The notes under the pieces are model-generated. The model was not told the origin of the DNA. It worked only from the letters and a program-made list of their open reading frames with translations, and did no database searches. From Okamejei kenojei (Eukaryota): a stretch of 64,000 bases of DNA. Made by a program: the position numbers and the translations under genes. This document shows, in pieces, positions 37,030 to 50,870 of this stretch (the stretch's first letter is position 1; every line of letters begins with the position of its first letter). Location: positions 31,062,001-31,126,000 of the forward strand of contig CM069132.1 of assembly GCA_035221665.1 (NCBI GenBank). Direction: 5' to 3'.

Positions 37030-38240
37030 GCAAATATTTCCATCCTGCAATCAAATTCACTTGGACCACCTCCAACCTCTCTCTTCTTTATTGATATATC
37101 ATTGTCTCCCCACGGCTGATAGACTATCAACTGATGTCTATTATAAACCTGCTGACTCCCACAGCTATCTAGACTACACTGCTTCCCACCCTCCTGCTCC
37201 AACTCCCAGTTCTTCCACCTCCACTGCATTTGCTCCCAAGATGAGGTGTTCCATACCAGGACATCTGAGGTGTCCTCATTCTTTCCTGAACGGGGGTTCC
37301 CCACTTCTATCATGGATGAGGCCCTCACACACATCTCCTCAGTATCCCATAGTTCAGCTCTTGCTCCCCCCCCAGTCACAATAGTCCCCATGGTCCTCAC
37401 CTTTCACCCCATCAGCCATCACATATCATCTGGCATTTTCGCCACCTCCAACGGGATCCCACTACTACTACATCTTTCCATCTTCACCGCTTTCCACAGA
37501 GATAGTTTCCTCACGAAATCCCTGGTTCATCCCTTCCCACCCAAACTATCCCCACTTCTACTTTCCCCTGCAACCACAGGAGATGCAACACCCGTCTCCT
37601 CCATCAACCATATCCAAGAATCCCGACAGTCCTTTCAGGCGAAGCAGAGGTTCACTTGCACCTCCTCCAACCTCATCTACCATATCCGTTGATCTCAGTG
37701 TGGACTCATATATATCAGTGAGACCAAGCGCAGACTGGCCGATCGTTTTGCTGAACACCTACACTCAATTTACCTTGGCCTAGGCGATCTTCCAGTTGCC
37801 AAACATTTAAATTCCCCTACACATTCCCTTACTGACCGTTCTGTCATGGGCCTCCTCCATGCCAGAGTGAGGCCACATGCAAATTGGAGGAACAGCACTT
37901 CAAATTTCGCTTGGGCAACTTGCAACCCAGTGGTTTGAATATTGATTGCTCCAATTTTAAATAAACCTTGCATTCCCTCTCTTCATCCCTTCAACACCCT
38001 AGTCATCCAGTTAGTTTCAGTTCATATCCCTTCGTTATCACCTCCTCTGCCGCCAGCAATGGAGCATTGTGGGCTCCTTGGCCATCGGTGCCGGCTGATT
38101 TGTTCTATACCTTTTCAAACATCTACTTTCCCTCTTCCTTGACTGCAATCTGAAGGATCTCGTCCCAAAATATCACATTCCTTTTCTCCAGAGATGTTGC
38201 CTGACCCGCTAAGTTACTCCAGCATTCTGTGCCTATCGTT
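37030..38240 (+). mobile_element. Penelope-like element, older degraded copy including the 3' pLTR
   Basis: VYYKPADSHSYLDY, FTCTSSNLIY, YISETKR and VAKHLN; degenerate hammerhead/pLTR at about 38149-38235. Confidence 0.85.
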
Positions 38241-38971
38241 AGAGAGTCTTATATCGGCTGAAGATGTTAATCAGATTGAGAGCAGGACCTGTAGTACATC
38301 AAATGAACTTGTATATGCTAATTAATTCACGTGGTTTGTAGTTGCATGCACTGAGGGTTCCAGAATCATACCAGAATTCAGTGGCAATGAAGTTGGGGAA
38401 GGTTGTGGGGACAAAAATAATCGGCATCTGCAGTTCCTTGTTTCTATCAGGAGCAGGAAAATACCATTTGCCTAACCTGCCATCAGCAAAATCATGGCTA
38501 ATATTCCGCCTCAGCGTCATTTCTTGCTTTGGTTTGATTCCCTTAATACTCAGATATCGATCAATCTTGGAGCAAACCCAGCAACTGAGCAATGGAGTAG
38601 AGAATTTGAACAGTTTCACCATACTCTGCATGAAGAAACATTCCGTCATCTCAATCCTAAAAGACCTATTACTGTTGTGAGACTGCTCAGCCAGGGAAAA
38701 CATTTGACCTGGATTCAACTAGTCAGCTCTTGAAATCAATTTTAAAATCTCAGTAACTTTTAGAGTCATTTTATAGCTATCCGATTTTCAAATTTATGAA
38801 GTACTAGACTGATCAATTTCAGTTCCCCAATCAATGCTAAGTTTTCACAAATTGCCTGTAGGTGCATGCTATTGAAAGAACATATAGTTGGCAATAGCTG
38901 CAATGTAGTAAAACAAGCTCATATTCTTTTATTTTTTGTTTAAAAAGGGGATTGGAACAGTAGTAACCTAC

Positions 38972-39548
38972 CCAGTTTGTTCTCTTGCACTGTATTCATC
39001 CTCATATTTTCGGTCATCTTTCCTGTAGTCAGTGCCTCTACCATCACCTTGATATAGAGGCTGCTCATTTTTTCTTACATTCGAATACCTATCTGAACTT
39101 CTGAAGTCACTTTCAGATTCCCGTTGGTGGACGTTTTCCCATTTAACATATCCAGATGCTTCTTGTACATGATCTTCCTGTAGTCCTCTTCTGTCATCAT
39201 ATATTCGTTTGTTAGAATATTTATCATAACCAACAGAGGATTCTACATATTGTTCTTTTTTGTCTCTATCCCAGTCAGTGTATCCACTTGAGATTTTCTC
39301 TCCGTATTGCGTTCTGTTATATGTAAATCTGTCAGTAGCTCCCATATTTTCTTCACGCACGTCTCTACCATCCTTTCTCAAATCAGAATATGTATCGGAA
39401 GTTCTGACATCTGCTCCATACTGTCCACCATCTCTTGGAGTTGAAAACATTATCTCATTTCTCATCGATTTCTCTCTTAGGTTTCTTATACCGTCCATCA
39501 AATTTTGTTCCATTTTTGTGGGGTTTTTCTCCCATTCCTGCTGCCAAC
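38972..39548 (-). CDS. Large low-complexity exon (577 nt, phase 1 to 2) of the zinc-finger gene
   Basis: Open frame SWQQEWEKKPTKMEQN...EDEYSAREQTG; AAG acceptor after a T-tract; GG|GTAGGT donor; R/D/Y/E/G/S-rich. Confidence 0.85.
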
Positions 39549-40698
39549 CTTTTCCAAAAAAAAACAGCAGTCAAATGATGTTTCAATAAAACTGAAAATT
39601 CAGTTACTATGATTATTAATTAATAGTCTAGGTTATTCCAATGCTATTCTGGCTCTCCTGAAATTCTCCCTCTTTTTGGCACTTTACAATTTTTCCTTAG
39701 CTTACTATAGTGACCTACTAAAATTATAAGCAACGATTAATAAATTTAGCAGCATATCCAAGATAATTTTTGAAACGTTTCAAATCAGAACATCTTAATG
39801 CATTGGAAGAGATTTTCTCATAAACAGCATGTAATTAAAAAAAAAATTAAGATGGATATAACAAAAAATCAAAATTATATTTTATAAATTCAGAGATACT
39901 GGAAACACTCGGCAGGACTGGCAACATCTGTGGAAAGAGCAACAAAGGTACAATTTCTGATTGAAGATACTTCATAAGAACTGGAAAAGAGAGAACAAGT
40001 TAGTTATAAGTTGTGGAGATGGAGGAGGGATGTATATCGCAAAGGGAATAGCTGATAAGCGAGACCAGGGTTGCCATGAAAATTGCATGTACAAAATCCT
40101 CGAGTTGGTAGATTAATGAAGGCAGTGGGAGAATTAAAATAATTTATTTCAAGAGGCAGGATAGGACGAAATACACGTAATGCTGGCGTAGAATCCTGAG
40201 GGAGCCTATCATTAACTCCTTTCCCTGGGATGGAGACAGAGATACAAAAAAAAAAAATCATAGATGGACCAAGTAAAGGTGAGAGCATAGTGGAAATTGT
40301 CAACAAAAGTAATATTTGAATTCCACATGAGTGCAGGAATCATTCATCCCTTTATCTCGTCCCTTCCCAAAATCCAGGACCCAGGTGGTGCAGTGAATAG
40401 AGAGTAGACAAAAGTGTTGGAGAAACTCAGCGGGTGCAGCAGCATCTATGGAGCGAAGGAAATAGGCAATGTTTCAGGCCACAACCCTTCTTCAGACTCA
40501 GACTGGTGCAGTGAATAATTTTTTTTTTTTCCAATTTCAGAACTCATGAGATGTTTTGTCTCCTCCAAAACAAAGAAACTAAACATAGAACTCAGTTCAC
40601 AACCCTGAGCTTCCAATTATCTGTCACTTTAATTCTCAATTCCATTTGCACCCTGACCTGTCTAACTGTGGCCTTCTGCACTGTTCCAATCATGCCCA

Positions 40699-41186
40699 AG
40701 AGGCATGATGTTCTGACAATGCCAAGTCAACAATTCTTTGTGTTCTACAATGCACTATGAACAGATTTTCATTAAATTATAGTAAAAAAATTAACATATT
40801 AACTTTTGTATTCCGAGGTCATCTTTTTTCAATATTACTTCCAACCATCTCAAGGTATAAAAATGTCCTCCAAGTACAAAAGCGTACATTCAAGTGCAAG
40901 AAGAGTGGCGCGGTTGTGCAGTGGTACAGTTGTTGCCTTACAGCACCAAAGAACCAGGTTCAGTCCTGACTATGGGTGCTATCTGCACTATACTGTACTG
41001 TAGTGGGTTTTCTCTGGGTGCTCTGGTTTTCTGCCACGCTCCAATGACGTGCAGGTTTGTAGGTTAACTGGCTTGTGAAACATTGTAAAATTGTCCCTTG
41101 TGTGTAGGATAGAGTTAGTGTACGGGGGATCACTGGTCGGTGCGGAATCTATGGGCTGAAGGGCCTGTTTCCGTGCTGTATCTCCA
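40699..41186 (+). repeat. Local direct duplication, copy 2
   Basis: Nearly identical to 35036-35524. Confidence 0.9.
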
Positions 41187-43224
41187 TATTTTGATAGCGA
41201 TTTCCGTGCCTGATCCTGTCAGGGACGGCCAAGGCTGCGATGATGCCGATGTTGTCCGAGGAAAGCTGACCTTACTTCCCACCTCCTCTGCTCCTTCCCC
41301 CCCCCCCCTCTCTCTCGTACACCCCCCTCCTACACCCTTATCCTGAGACCCCTCCTCTCCATCCCGCACTGATCCTCATTCCTGCGTCTATTCATTCCTC
41401 ACTGACATCCCGTGTGCTCCCCTCCTCACCTACCCACCACCCCCCCCCCCCCATCTATTCATCGCGCACTGATCTCCCTATCCACCTCGCATTGATTCTC
41501 CTGCCACTGCCCAACAATTCTACACTGGTCCCCCAATTCATCCTGTACTGACCCCCCTTCCCATCCATACTGCACTGCCCCACCCCTTCATCCTGCAGTG
41601 CTCCCCCCATCCATCCTGCACAGATCCCCCCCATTCAACCCCACCGTCATCCCCCGCGCTCTCCCCTCACAATTTTACCTACTCCAACCAACACGTACTA
41701 ATTTCCCTGCCTCAATCCATCCATTCCACACCGATTGCCTTCACAACCCCCCCCTCCCCCCCCGACCATATTGTGCTGGAAATGTCTTCAGAGCGAACTT
41801 TGACTATGTTTGATAACGGAACACAATCAAATATGTTTTAATTCCCAATGTTATTATTTGTTTTAATCCATAAAGATGGGTTAATTAAATTGTGAACACG
41901 TGAAACATTAAAACCGCAGTGTTCGGTTGTCACTGCTACCGTTGACACGTTATTACAGAATTCATTTTAACGGCAAACCAATGCTCTTAATATGGAATAT
42001 CAGTACTGTAGTTATTTAATGAGCAACATTCACAAATATACATTGGATTTATCCAGGTTTTACTTCTACAGTCAGTCATATACATCACAAATTTGGTCAG
42101 GAGATATTTCAGTTGAAATGTTAACGTTTATTCTGAAGTGGGAATGATGGAAACAGCAATTATCAATAATATTTTTTAAATGTATTGCTTACAAACTGGG
42201 TATCTTCATTGCTGTTCACAACACATAAATCTAATCTGAATGTCCAGTAATGTAGCGTCTTGACACCTTTAAATATATTACCAAAAGAACATTTGCTGCA
42301 GTTATGTCCTTTGGCCATCTCTTGTTAGTTAGTGTAATGTTTAACCTGTCAGATGGGTATAGTCAGTTTTAACAGCTATTATCATAAAATGCCTTTAGAA
42401 AATTCCTTGCAACCTGTATATTTTGTTGTGGATAAATTATGTGGGAAGCGAGAGTGTTTCTGTACCAATAGCAATAACGACCCATGCTATGACCACGTCA
42501 TGGTAATTTTCTGTCCTTCACAGAAAACATGCTTGCATCAATCTGTTGTGTGCATGGTTAAGCATATATGTTATCATGGTCCAAGATTTATTGACACAGG
42601 TTGATCATATGCTGAATAATCCAACCACATTTTTGTTTGGAAGTGGAAAGAAATAATAACAATTGCATTAATTGCAATGTGTAAAAAGAGTTGAGATATT
42701 GTTTTATAATTTTGCTGCATGTCATTGTGGTATATATCATGTCTTGATTGGTGAATATATGTTTGGTTTGTGACTTTATTTGAAGCAGAAATAATATGTG
42801 AATGCTTCATTGAGCATAATTCCGACTGGTAACTATGCACTTCGTCCGAGCACATTATCGCACGCATCACGCAAGCCATCTTAAATGACCACCTAAACTG
42901 TCATTTGGCAACATAAAAAGGTGCCAAGGTTGCCCGGCTGGCAACAGGGAAAAAAGTTAAGCGATTGCCCTGTTGTATCTGTAATATTAAAATCTCAATT
43001 TAGTGTTTTATCTGATCACATTGCCTCATCTGCAAGGCTATTCCAAGATCCTCTTTTCAGAGTAGTTCTCAGTAATATCTCTGACATGCTTTTCACTGCT
43101 TATGCATGTCCATTCATTTGTTTTCTCTAACTATCCTGACCAATCTCTCAGATGGCTTTATAAACAGCATATCAGATGGCATCTCTGGCCTCACTCTATA
43201 AAAGATTTATAGGGTGAGGCCGGA

Positions 43225-43550
43225 GTGTTGAGGAACTCCAGAACAAGGGGTCACAGTTTAAGGATAAGGGGGAAGTCTTTTAGGACCGAGATGATAAGAT
43301 CTTTTTTCACACAGAGAGTGGTGAGTCTGTGGAATTCTCTGCCACAGAAGGTAGTTGAGGCCAGTTCATTGGCTATATTTAAGAGGGAGTTAGATGTGGC
43401 CCTTGTGGCTAAAGGGATCAGGGGGTATGGAGAGAAGGCAGGTACAGGATACTGAGTTGAATATTCGGCCATGATCATATTGAATGGCGGTGCAGGCTCG
43501 AAGGGCCAAATGGCCTACTCCTGCACCTATTTTCTATGATTCTATATTCC
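43225..43550 (+). mobile_element. CR1 3' end
   Basis: SRTRGHSLRIRG...WNSLPQKVVEASSLAIFKRELD plus CR1 3' UTR. Confidence 0.9.
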
Positions 43551-44553
43551 ATATGTTCTACACATTTCCATCCCATCCCACCCTCTCTACTATTTAGAAC
43601 AATCTTGTTTTCTCAGTTTTCCAGTATTCATGAAGTTGTCAACCCCAAACTTTAACTGTTTCTGCATCAACAGATTGTGCCTAATCTGCATTTTCTCTTT
43701 TTATTTCAAATTTCTAGCATTTGCAGTTTTTTTGGATCTGCATATTTTACTTTTATAATTAGAATATTCTCAGTGCATAAAGTATACTTTTAGACCCAAA
43801 GTCTTGGTAGGAATGCTGTGAATAACTTTGTGAATTCATTCACTCTTGCATTCTATCATTAGGCACAGGATTTTTCCATGCTTCCACAATGATTCAATAT
43901 AATATCTGACAAGTTAGGTCATGTTTAGGTTGGTTGTGGATGATTTGCAAATTGACCAGCTAGAACAAAAATGTTAAGACAATTAATTATTCGTGCTGTG
44001 ATTATGAAATTCAGAAAATTCATATGACAAAAGGACAATTGCTCCAAGTGGTGCTTAAAAAAATGCATGCTGCTATACAACTACCCATGTTTGTCGGGTA
44101 ACTGCAATTAACTGCTCCATGAGTTATACAATCGGTGGATTGGATGCAATATCAAAGTGATTGGCATTGAAAATAACTGTAACTCAAAGTAAAAGAAAAT
44201 AAGCTAGAACCAAATTAATTAAATGCCATTTGGAGTAACTTACTAAATCATTAAGAAATCAGGACTCTGATGAGAAAGAGGAGTTGCATGGAATAGTATT
44301 AGTACAAAAAAGTCCTGGAGAACTAAATACTAGTCACTGATATTACATTTGACATTAAATGAATACCCAAATTGTGCTGAAAAGATACAATTAAGAATAT
44401 AAAGAATCAACTAAAATGTAAACTGATGTTAAATCATCTAGATTTCACAAAATGTTTCTGCTCAAATTTTTGCTATCCTAACATTACAACTTAATTCTTC
44501 TTATCAATAAGATTTTGGTAGATATTGAAAACAATATGATGATGTTTACTTAC

Positions 44554-44620
44554 TGTTGCTTGGAAATGGAACCCTTTCCACCATACTAATAGTGCAGGGC
44601 GGATCGTGTCCTCTGACAAC
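44554..44620 (-). CDS. Internal exon (67 nt, phase 0 to 1) of the zinc-finger gene
   Basis: TAG acceptor and GTAAGT donor; VVRGHDPPCTISMVERVPFPSN. Confidence 0.75.
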
Positions 44621-44899
44621 CTAGTATTTACCAAATATCCAGAAATCAATTCAACGGAACAAAATAGTTGACCAATTATATTTTTCTGTTTTTTACTGTA
44701 TGCCTATCACAGTTAATACGTTGGAGAAAAACAGCTGATGGGTTACAACTGCAAAAATATTAGAATTATCTTAATTGTTTTAAAATGTCAAATCATTCCT
44801 GGGAGCAAGCAACATGAAACTATAATGCCACAACAGAAAATGGTGGAAATGCTCAACAGGTTAGACAATATTTGTGGCAATATTTTAGGTGTACGAATT

Positions 44900-45960
44900 T
44901 CCATTGGGTTCTACCCACCCCAAAAAAAGCTAGCGGGATATAGAGGAACAGATAGGTAGACAGATTATTGAAAGATTCCAAGGCAACAGGCCTTAATACA
45001 GTTTCCTAGTCGGTAACTTCAACTTCACTTTCACCAATATTGACTGGGACTTGATCAGTGTCAAAGGCTGAGATAGGGCAGAATTTGTGAGGTGTATCCC
45101 AGGGAGTTTCTCAGAGTTTCAGTGGAAGAGCATTTTGAGGATGGTGATTACAACTCCATAATTTTTTAGATTGTTTTGTATAGGGAGAAGGCTGGACCTT
45201 GTGGGAAGGTACTAAATTAGAGTAATACAAACTGCAATTTTGGAACTCGGGAGGGTGCAGTTGTTATTGGGTAACTCCTCATCTGACATGTAAGGGCTGG
45301 TTTAAAGGCCAGTTGATCGAAGTTCAGAACTGGCATGTTCCAGTATGGGGGAGGGATAAGGATGGCAAAGTAAGGGAACCTCAGATGACCAGAGGTTGTA
45401 CATTTGGTCAAAAAGAAAAATAAAGCACATGCAAGGTTTAAGAGGATGCAATCAGACAGGGCCTTAGAGGAATATAAAGAAAACAGACAGAACTCAGCAG
45501 GCGATAAGAATGGCCAAAAGATGCCGGGAAATTACTTTCGCTGTCGGATTGGATTGGATTTACAAACTTGGATTTTCAGAATGCCTTTGATAAGGTACCA
45601 CATGTGTGACTGCTATACAAGATGGCTCATAGTATGAGAAGCAAAGTACAAGCATGGGTAGTATATTGGCCGAGTGACAGGCGCAAAGAGTGGGAATAAA
45701 GGGGGCTCTTTCTGGTTGGCTGCCACTGGCAAGTGGTATTCCCTAGGAATCAGTGTTGGGTTCACTACTTTTCACGTTATATTCACGATCTAGATGAGGG
45801 AATTGAAAGCTTTGTGGCTAAGTTTGCGGATGACGCAAAGATAGGTGATGGGGCAGGTAATGTTGCTGAAGCAGGGAGGCGGCAGAAAGATTTTGACAGG
45901 TTGGGCAGGGAAGTAGGAAGTTGAATGCAGCACAGCATGATAGTTCCTTGCAATTTTAAA
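44900..45960 (+). mobile_element. Degraded CR1 fragments
   Basis: Traces of GNFNF..IDWD, LDFQNAFDKVPH and YIHDLDEGIESFVAKFADD. Confidence 0.75.
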
Positions 45961-46325
45961 TATCTACTCAATTGCAATATAAATGTATAAGCATCACGGT
46001 ATACTTCTCATTTTCAAAAATGGTGAAATGAAAGATTATAGCCATTTTTACTTCCAAAGAGCTATATTCTTAATTACTAATTCACCAAGCACAGGCTATG
46101 CAAATATACAAATTCACAACTTTATTTGAATTGATTGACTGGGGAGTTGAAGAAAAAGAGACCAGTGTTACCTAGTCTTTAAATGGGAATATTTAGCTAT
46201 TTTAGAAACCATTTTTTTAAAAACATTTTTATTTTTTTAAATTTTAAATAAATCAACACACAAAATGAAAAAAGAGATGTTAATAAATAATACACAAAAG
46301 AAAAATACAAAAATATACAGAAACA

Positions 46326-46475
46326 NNNNNNNNNNNNNNNNNNNNNNNNNNNNNNNNNNNNNNNNNNNNNNNNNNNNNNNNNNNNNNNNNNNNNNNNNNN
46401 NNNNNNNNNNNNNNNNNNNNNNNNNNNNNNNNNNNNNNNNNNNNNNNNNNNNNNNNNNNNNNNNNNNNNNNNNNN
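46326..46475. other. Assembly gap (150 N)
   Basis: Run of N. Confidence 1.
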
Positions 46476-46967
46476 CACATACCCCACCCATCCCACCCTG
46501 GCTAATTAAGAGTGAAAAGTGCACTTACACATAACAACATTTAATAAGCCAACGACCATTACGACCAAATTATAAACCAAACCAATTCAAATTTCAAAAA
46601 AAGGTTTTGCAACAGCAATTAAACTAAACGATTTTCAAACAAAACTACAATTTAAAAAAAAAGTGGTAGCCAATAATGAATAGAACCAACAATTATCTTA
46701 AAAAGAATAAATGTAAATGAAACAAATTTAAAATCAAATTGATCACATACAACATATCCCAAATGCAACACTCTTTGGAAATGTTTAAGGTAAACACAAG
46801 GAAATCTGTTCACAACTCTACTCATTCCTATTTAATTTGTTTGCCTACATCTTATGTGTAAATATTATTTAATAATATAATTCAGTTGTTCAACTATACT
46901 TAAGTAAATAATACCTGTAAAATGAAGTTAATAATCATTGTCAATGAACTATTGTAATATAATTTAC

Positions 46968-47090
46968 CTGTATGCTCTTCTTTCCTTCCAGTTTTTGAAT
47001 AATCACAGCTCTGTCTTTAATAATATCACACAATTCCTCGTGCTTTAGTTTACTTGCATCCAACTTCATAATTTCTGGATATTCTTTTGC
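46968..47090 (-). CDS. Internal exon (123 nt) of the zinc-finger gene
   Basis: AAG acceptor and CAG|GTAAAT donor; AKEYPEIMKLDASKLKHEELCDIIKDRAVIIQKLEGKKSIQ. Confidence 0.85.
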
Positions 47091-47834
47091 CTTAGATAAA
47101 AATGACAGTAAAGATGATGATTACAATAATGGTACTTATTAACTCTTAATCTCCATGTTCCATCAAGATGGTAAACATAATTTTATAATCAGAGCAAAAA
47201 CCATTGTTGTTATGGGCTTTACTAAAACAAAAATATTTGTAGCATACACAGATGAAAGAAATAATGGACCAAAACACAACATCAAAACAAAAAGGTGTTA
47301 GATGTTGAAATTCCAAGGCCTAGTTCTTGGAATATACCCAACATTGACAGAAGGCAAATTTGAGGGCAGAAGTATGTGTCCAAAATATCAAGGAATGTAT
47401 ATTTATAAAGCGCTGACATTTGGAGGCATTTAAAGGCAATAATACTTTATATAAATAATGAATAAGATGAAGTTAAAATAGAAAAGAAAGTTCTATATTC
47501 ATATATTTATAATTATAAAATTCCCTAATAATCATTAAAATATTAACACAAAGTAAAATACTAAAAACAAACCATCCCACATTTCAAGAGGCCAAGAATT
47601 TCAAATGAATGGAGTCTCCAGGCCGAATGTGGATAATCCAACCAAGACCAGGCTATAGCAGCAGAGCGGTAACAAATGTGGCTGCATCTTTCATTCAATG
47701 AGTCCTGGACTTACAGCAGAGCTGTAACTGAAGAACTCCAGGCCCAATTCAATGCAAATGGCTAAACACCAACAACTGTAACAGCAATTTGGCTCATTGG
47801 TTGAAAAAGAGCAGAACTGGATTCAGATTAAGAG

Positions 47835-48100
47835 ATTACAGCACGGAATTAGGCCCTTTGGACCACTGAGTCCGCACCGACCAGCGATCACCCCATACAC
47901 TAGCTCTATCCTACACACTAGGGACAATTTACAATTTTACTAAAACCAATTAACCTACAAATCTGTACGTTTCTGGAGTGTTGGACGAAACCAGAGAACC
48001 CAGAGAAAACCAACATGGTCATAAAATGTAGAAATTCCATACAGACAGCACCAAAGGTCAGTATCGAGCCAGAGTCTCTAGAGCTATAAGGCACTGCGCC
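47835..48100 (-). mobile_element. HE1-like SINE
   Basis: Reverse-complement core (CATACAGACAGCACC) and tail (GTCCGCACCGACCAGCGATCACCCC). Confidence 0.75.
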
Positions 48101-50539
48101 GTCCCCTTCCGAACCTTCATAAAATTCTGAAAATCCAGTAATGCCATGGATTTCATGGGAAGCTGAATTAATTTTTCAGTCAACTATCAAGTTTGTCAAA
48201 AAATAAAAAATGCAAGATATCCACCATTTATAACATGACAACCTAGCCAAAGACCATTGATAGTCAGAGGCAATACCATCGATGAGTTCCTCATTCGTAA
48301 TCAACATCATGGGAATCAGTATCGACTCAACTGAAATATATATGGTAGAAGCTTATCTTGCTGCACATAAAAAACTGCCTGCAAGAACAGGTTAGGGGCC
48401 AGACATCCTGGTGTGAATAGTTCATCACCTAGCATCCTAAAGACTATCCACCATCTACAGGCCACAGGTTAGAGGTATAATGAAATATTAAATATTTGCC
48501 TGGATGAGTGCAGCTCTTACAAAAGTTGAAGGTAACGCCATCCAGGACACAGCAGCCTGGTTGATTTTGACCACACCCACTATCCTGGACATTAATTCCC
48601 TCCACCACTGGGGTACTCTGGCCGTAGTGTGGAATCCACCATGGCCGATTCTTATAAAATTCAATGCAATTATTCACCTAGCTTTCTCCACCAGATCAAA
48701 AAAATTCAGAAAACTTACCACCAAAAAGTGCTAGGAGGACCCAGGAACATTGCCGCTTGCAGGTTCGCTCTAAATAACACAATTCTTAACTGGCCTTTCT
48801 TTGTCACAAAAATCTAAAAATATGTTTACAACCATCCCCTCCAGCTTGTCAGGTGGTTAATCTACCCTCACCTCATACTATTTCTGCCACATATGTGCTT
48901 ACCTAACTTGTCTATGTTTCCTTGCAGACTCTGGGTCTCCTTACATCATTTTTCACACCTAATTTGGCATTGTAATGAATCCCAAATTTACTGACAATCA
49001 ATCTCTTCACCTGAGATTACTATATTATAAAGAGCCATGGATCCACCATCAATTCCTAAGATATTTCCACCCTGTTGGACATATTACATTCAATGTGATC
49101 TTCTATTTTCCAAATAACTGCCCCAATTACACTAGTCCCACATCCCATCATTAAAGAACTCCAATAAATATGTCAAATTCCCCTTCCACTGCAACACACT
49201 GGCTCTGCATAATCAACTTTTCCTTGACCTACTTTAGAGCCATATCATTAATTGTATCATCAGTTATACGCCAATGTGGTGGATGAGAATGGAGAATGTG
49301 TACACAATTCTCTGCCTTACCTGGAAGGACTGGTTTCTTATCTGACTTCTCCAAAATAGAATAATGTTTACTTTATATTTAACATTTCTTTACCATTAAT
49401 ACCCACTGCCTCGTTGACTAATTTGTTTTGGGGATCTTGGTCCTTCAGTCAAAATGCAGCCCTGTCCTTTAAAAAATACATCTGCTCAGGAAGCACATTG
49501 TCGTACCAGGAATTTGGTGTGGTCCACTGTCTGCTGCTAAGCCAAAAACCAACGGTACTAATCCTCATCTTTATCAATCAATAAATCGCATCGCAGCTTG
49601 GTCTGGGAGTGATCATGAGGCTGGGTCAGTGGCCTGCTAAAATGTGAGGCTCTGAGTGGGTGAGTGCAAGAAATTGCTGGTGACCAGAATAACTGTTTCA
49701 TGTAAAAGGACATATGGAGCTGAGTAACACAACTGATCAACGAACATCTCTGGAGGACATGGAAAGGTGATGTTTCAGGTCAGGATCCCTCTTCAGATTG
49801 ACCCGCAATGTCACCATTCTATGTTCTCCAGAGATGCTGCCTGACCCACTGAGTTACTCCAGCACTGTGTGTCCTTTTGTGTAGACCAGTACCTGCAGTT
49901 CCTTGCTTCTTCCTATTTAATGTGTTAACATATTTCCCCATGGTAACAAGTCCAATGGTCAATGCTGGCTCTTACGTTTGTTATCACGGAAAGCTCATGA
50001 TTTGGGCAGATCAGTGCAAATACAGCAGCGTCCATGATATCCAACAGGTGATAATGAAATGTAGGAAGGAACTGCAGATGCTGGTTTACACCGAAGATAG
50101 ACACAAAATGCTGGACTAACACAGTGGAATGGGCAGCTTCTCTGGAGAAAAGGAGACAACGACGTTTTGGGTCCCTTCTTCAGATTGGGCTAATAATGTC
50201 CTTGTCTTGACAGAAGAATCGGGCAGTCTGTCAACACAAGGATTGATGCTGCCCCCATCAGCCACCCAGGTCCAGTCAACAGACAATAGGTGCAGGAGTG
50301 GGCTATTCGGCCCTTCGAGCCAGCAACGCCATTCACTGTGATCATGGCTGATCATCCACATTCAGTACCCAGTTCCTGCCTTCTCCCATATCCTGACTCC
50401 GCTATCTTTAAGAGCTCTTTCTAACTCGAGCCATTTCACACTGAGCTGTGCACAATTCACACCAGGATTCTGGTACAATAGTGTTATCAATTTCATTAAT
50501 ACACTTTGTCTGGAAACATATGCTGTATGTTAAGTGAGG

Positions 50540-50870
50540 CACCGCTACGGCCCTGTGGTATGAACATTGATTTCTCTCACTTCAGGTAACCCTGGCATTC
50601 CCTCTCTCTATCCCCCCCCCCACCCAAGTCGCACTAGCTTCTTATTGTCAACCTACAAACAGCTTACAATAGCCCATTTCCTTTATCATCGTTACTTTTT
50701 TGCATATCTTTCATTCATTGTTCTTTATCTCTCCACATCACCGTCTATATCTCTTGTTTCCCTTATCCCTAACCAGTCTGAAGAAGGGTCTCGACCTGAA
50801 ACGTCGCTCATCCCTTCTCTCCAGAGATGCTGCCTGTCTCGCTAGGTTACTCCAGCTTTTTGTGTCTATT
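50540..50870 (+). mobile_element. Penelope-like element 3' end (3' UTR and pLTR)
   Basis: 50590-50742 is homologous to the 3' UTR at about 4171-4331 of the GIY-YIG copy and continues into the hammerhead-bearing repeat. Confidence 0.85.
50775..50808 (+). ncRNA. Minimal hammerhead ribozyme motif (Penelope-type)
   Basis: AGT-CTGAAGA-A-GGGTC-TC-GACCT-GAAAC-GTC-GCT. Confidence 0.7.

Noticed and set aside
41187-41810. C-rich stretch, possibly another Helitron-like element
   Set aside because: No clear terminal hairpin with CTRR and no TIRs; cannot be classified.
46197-46534. ORFs spanning the N run
   Set aside because: Artefacts of the assembly gap.
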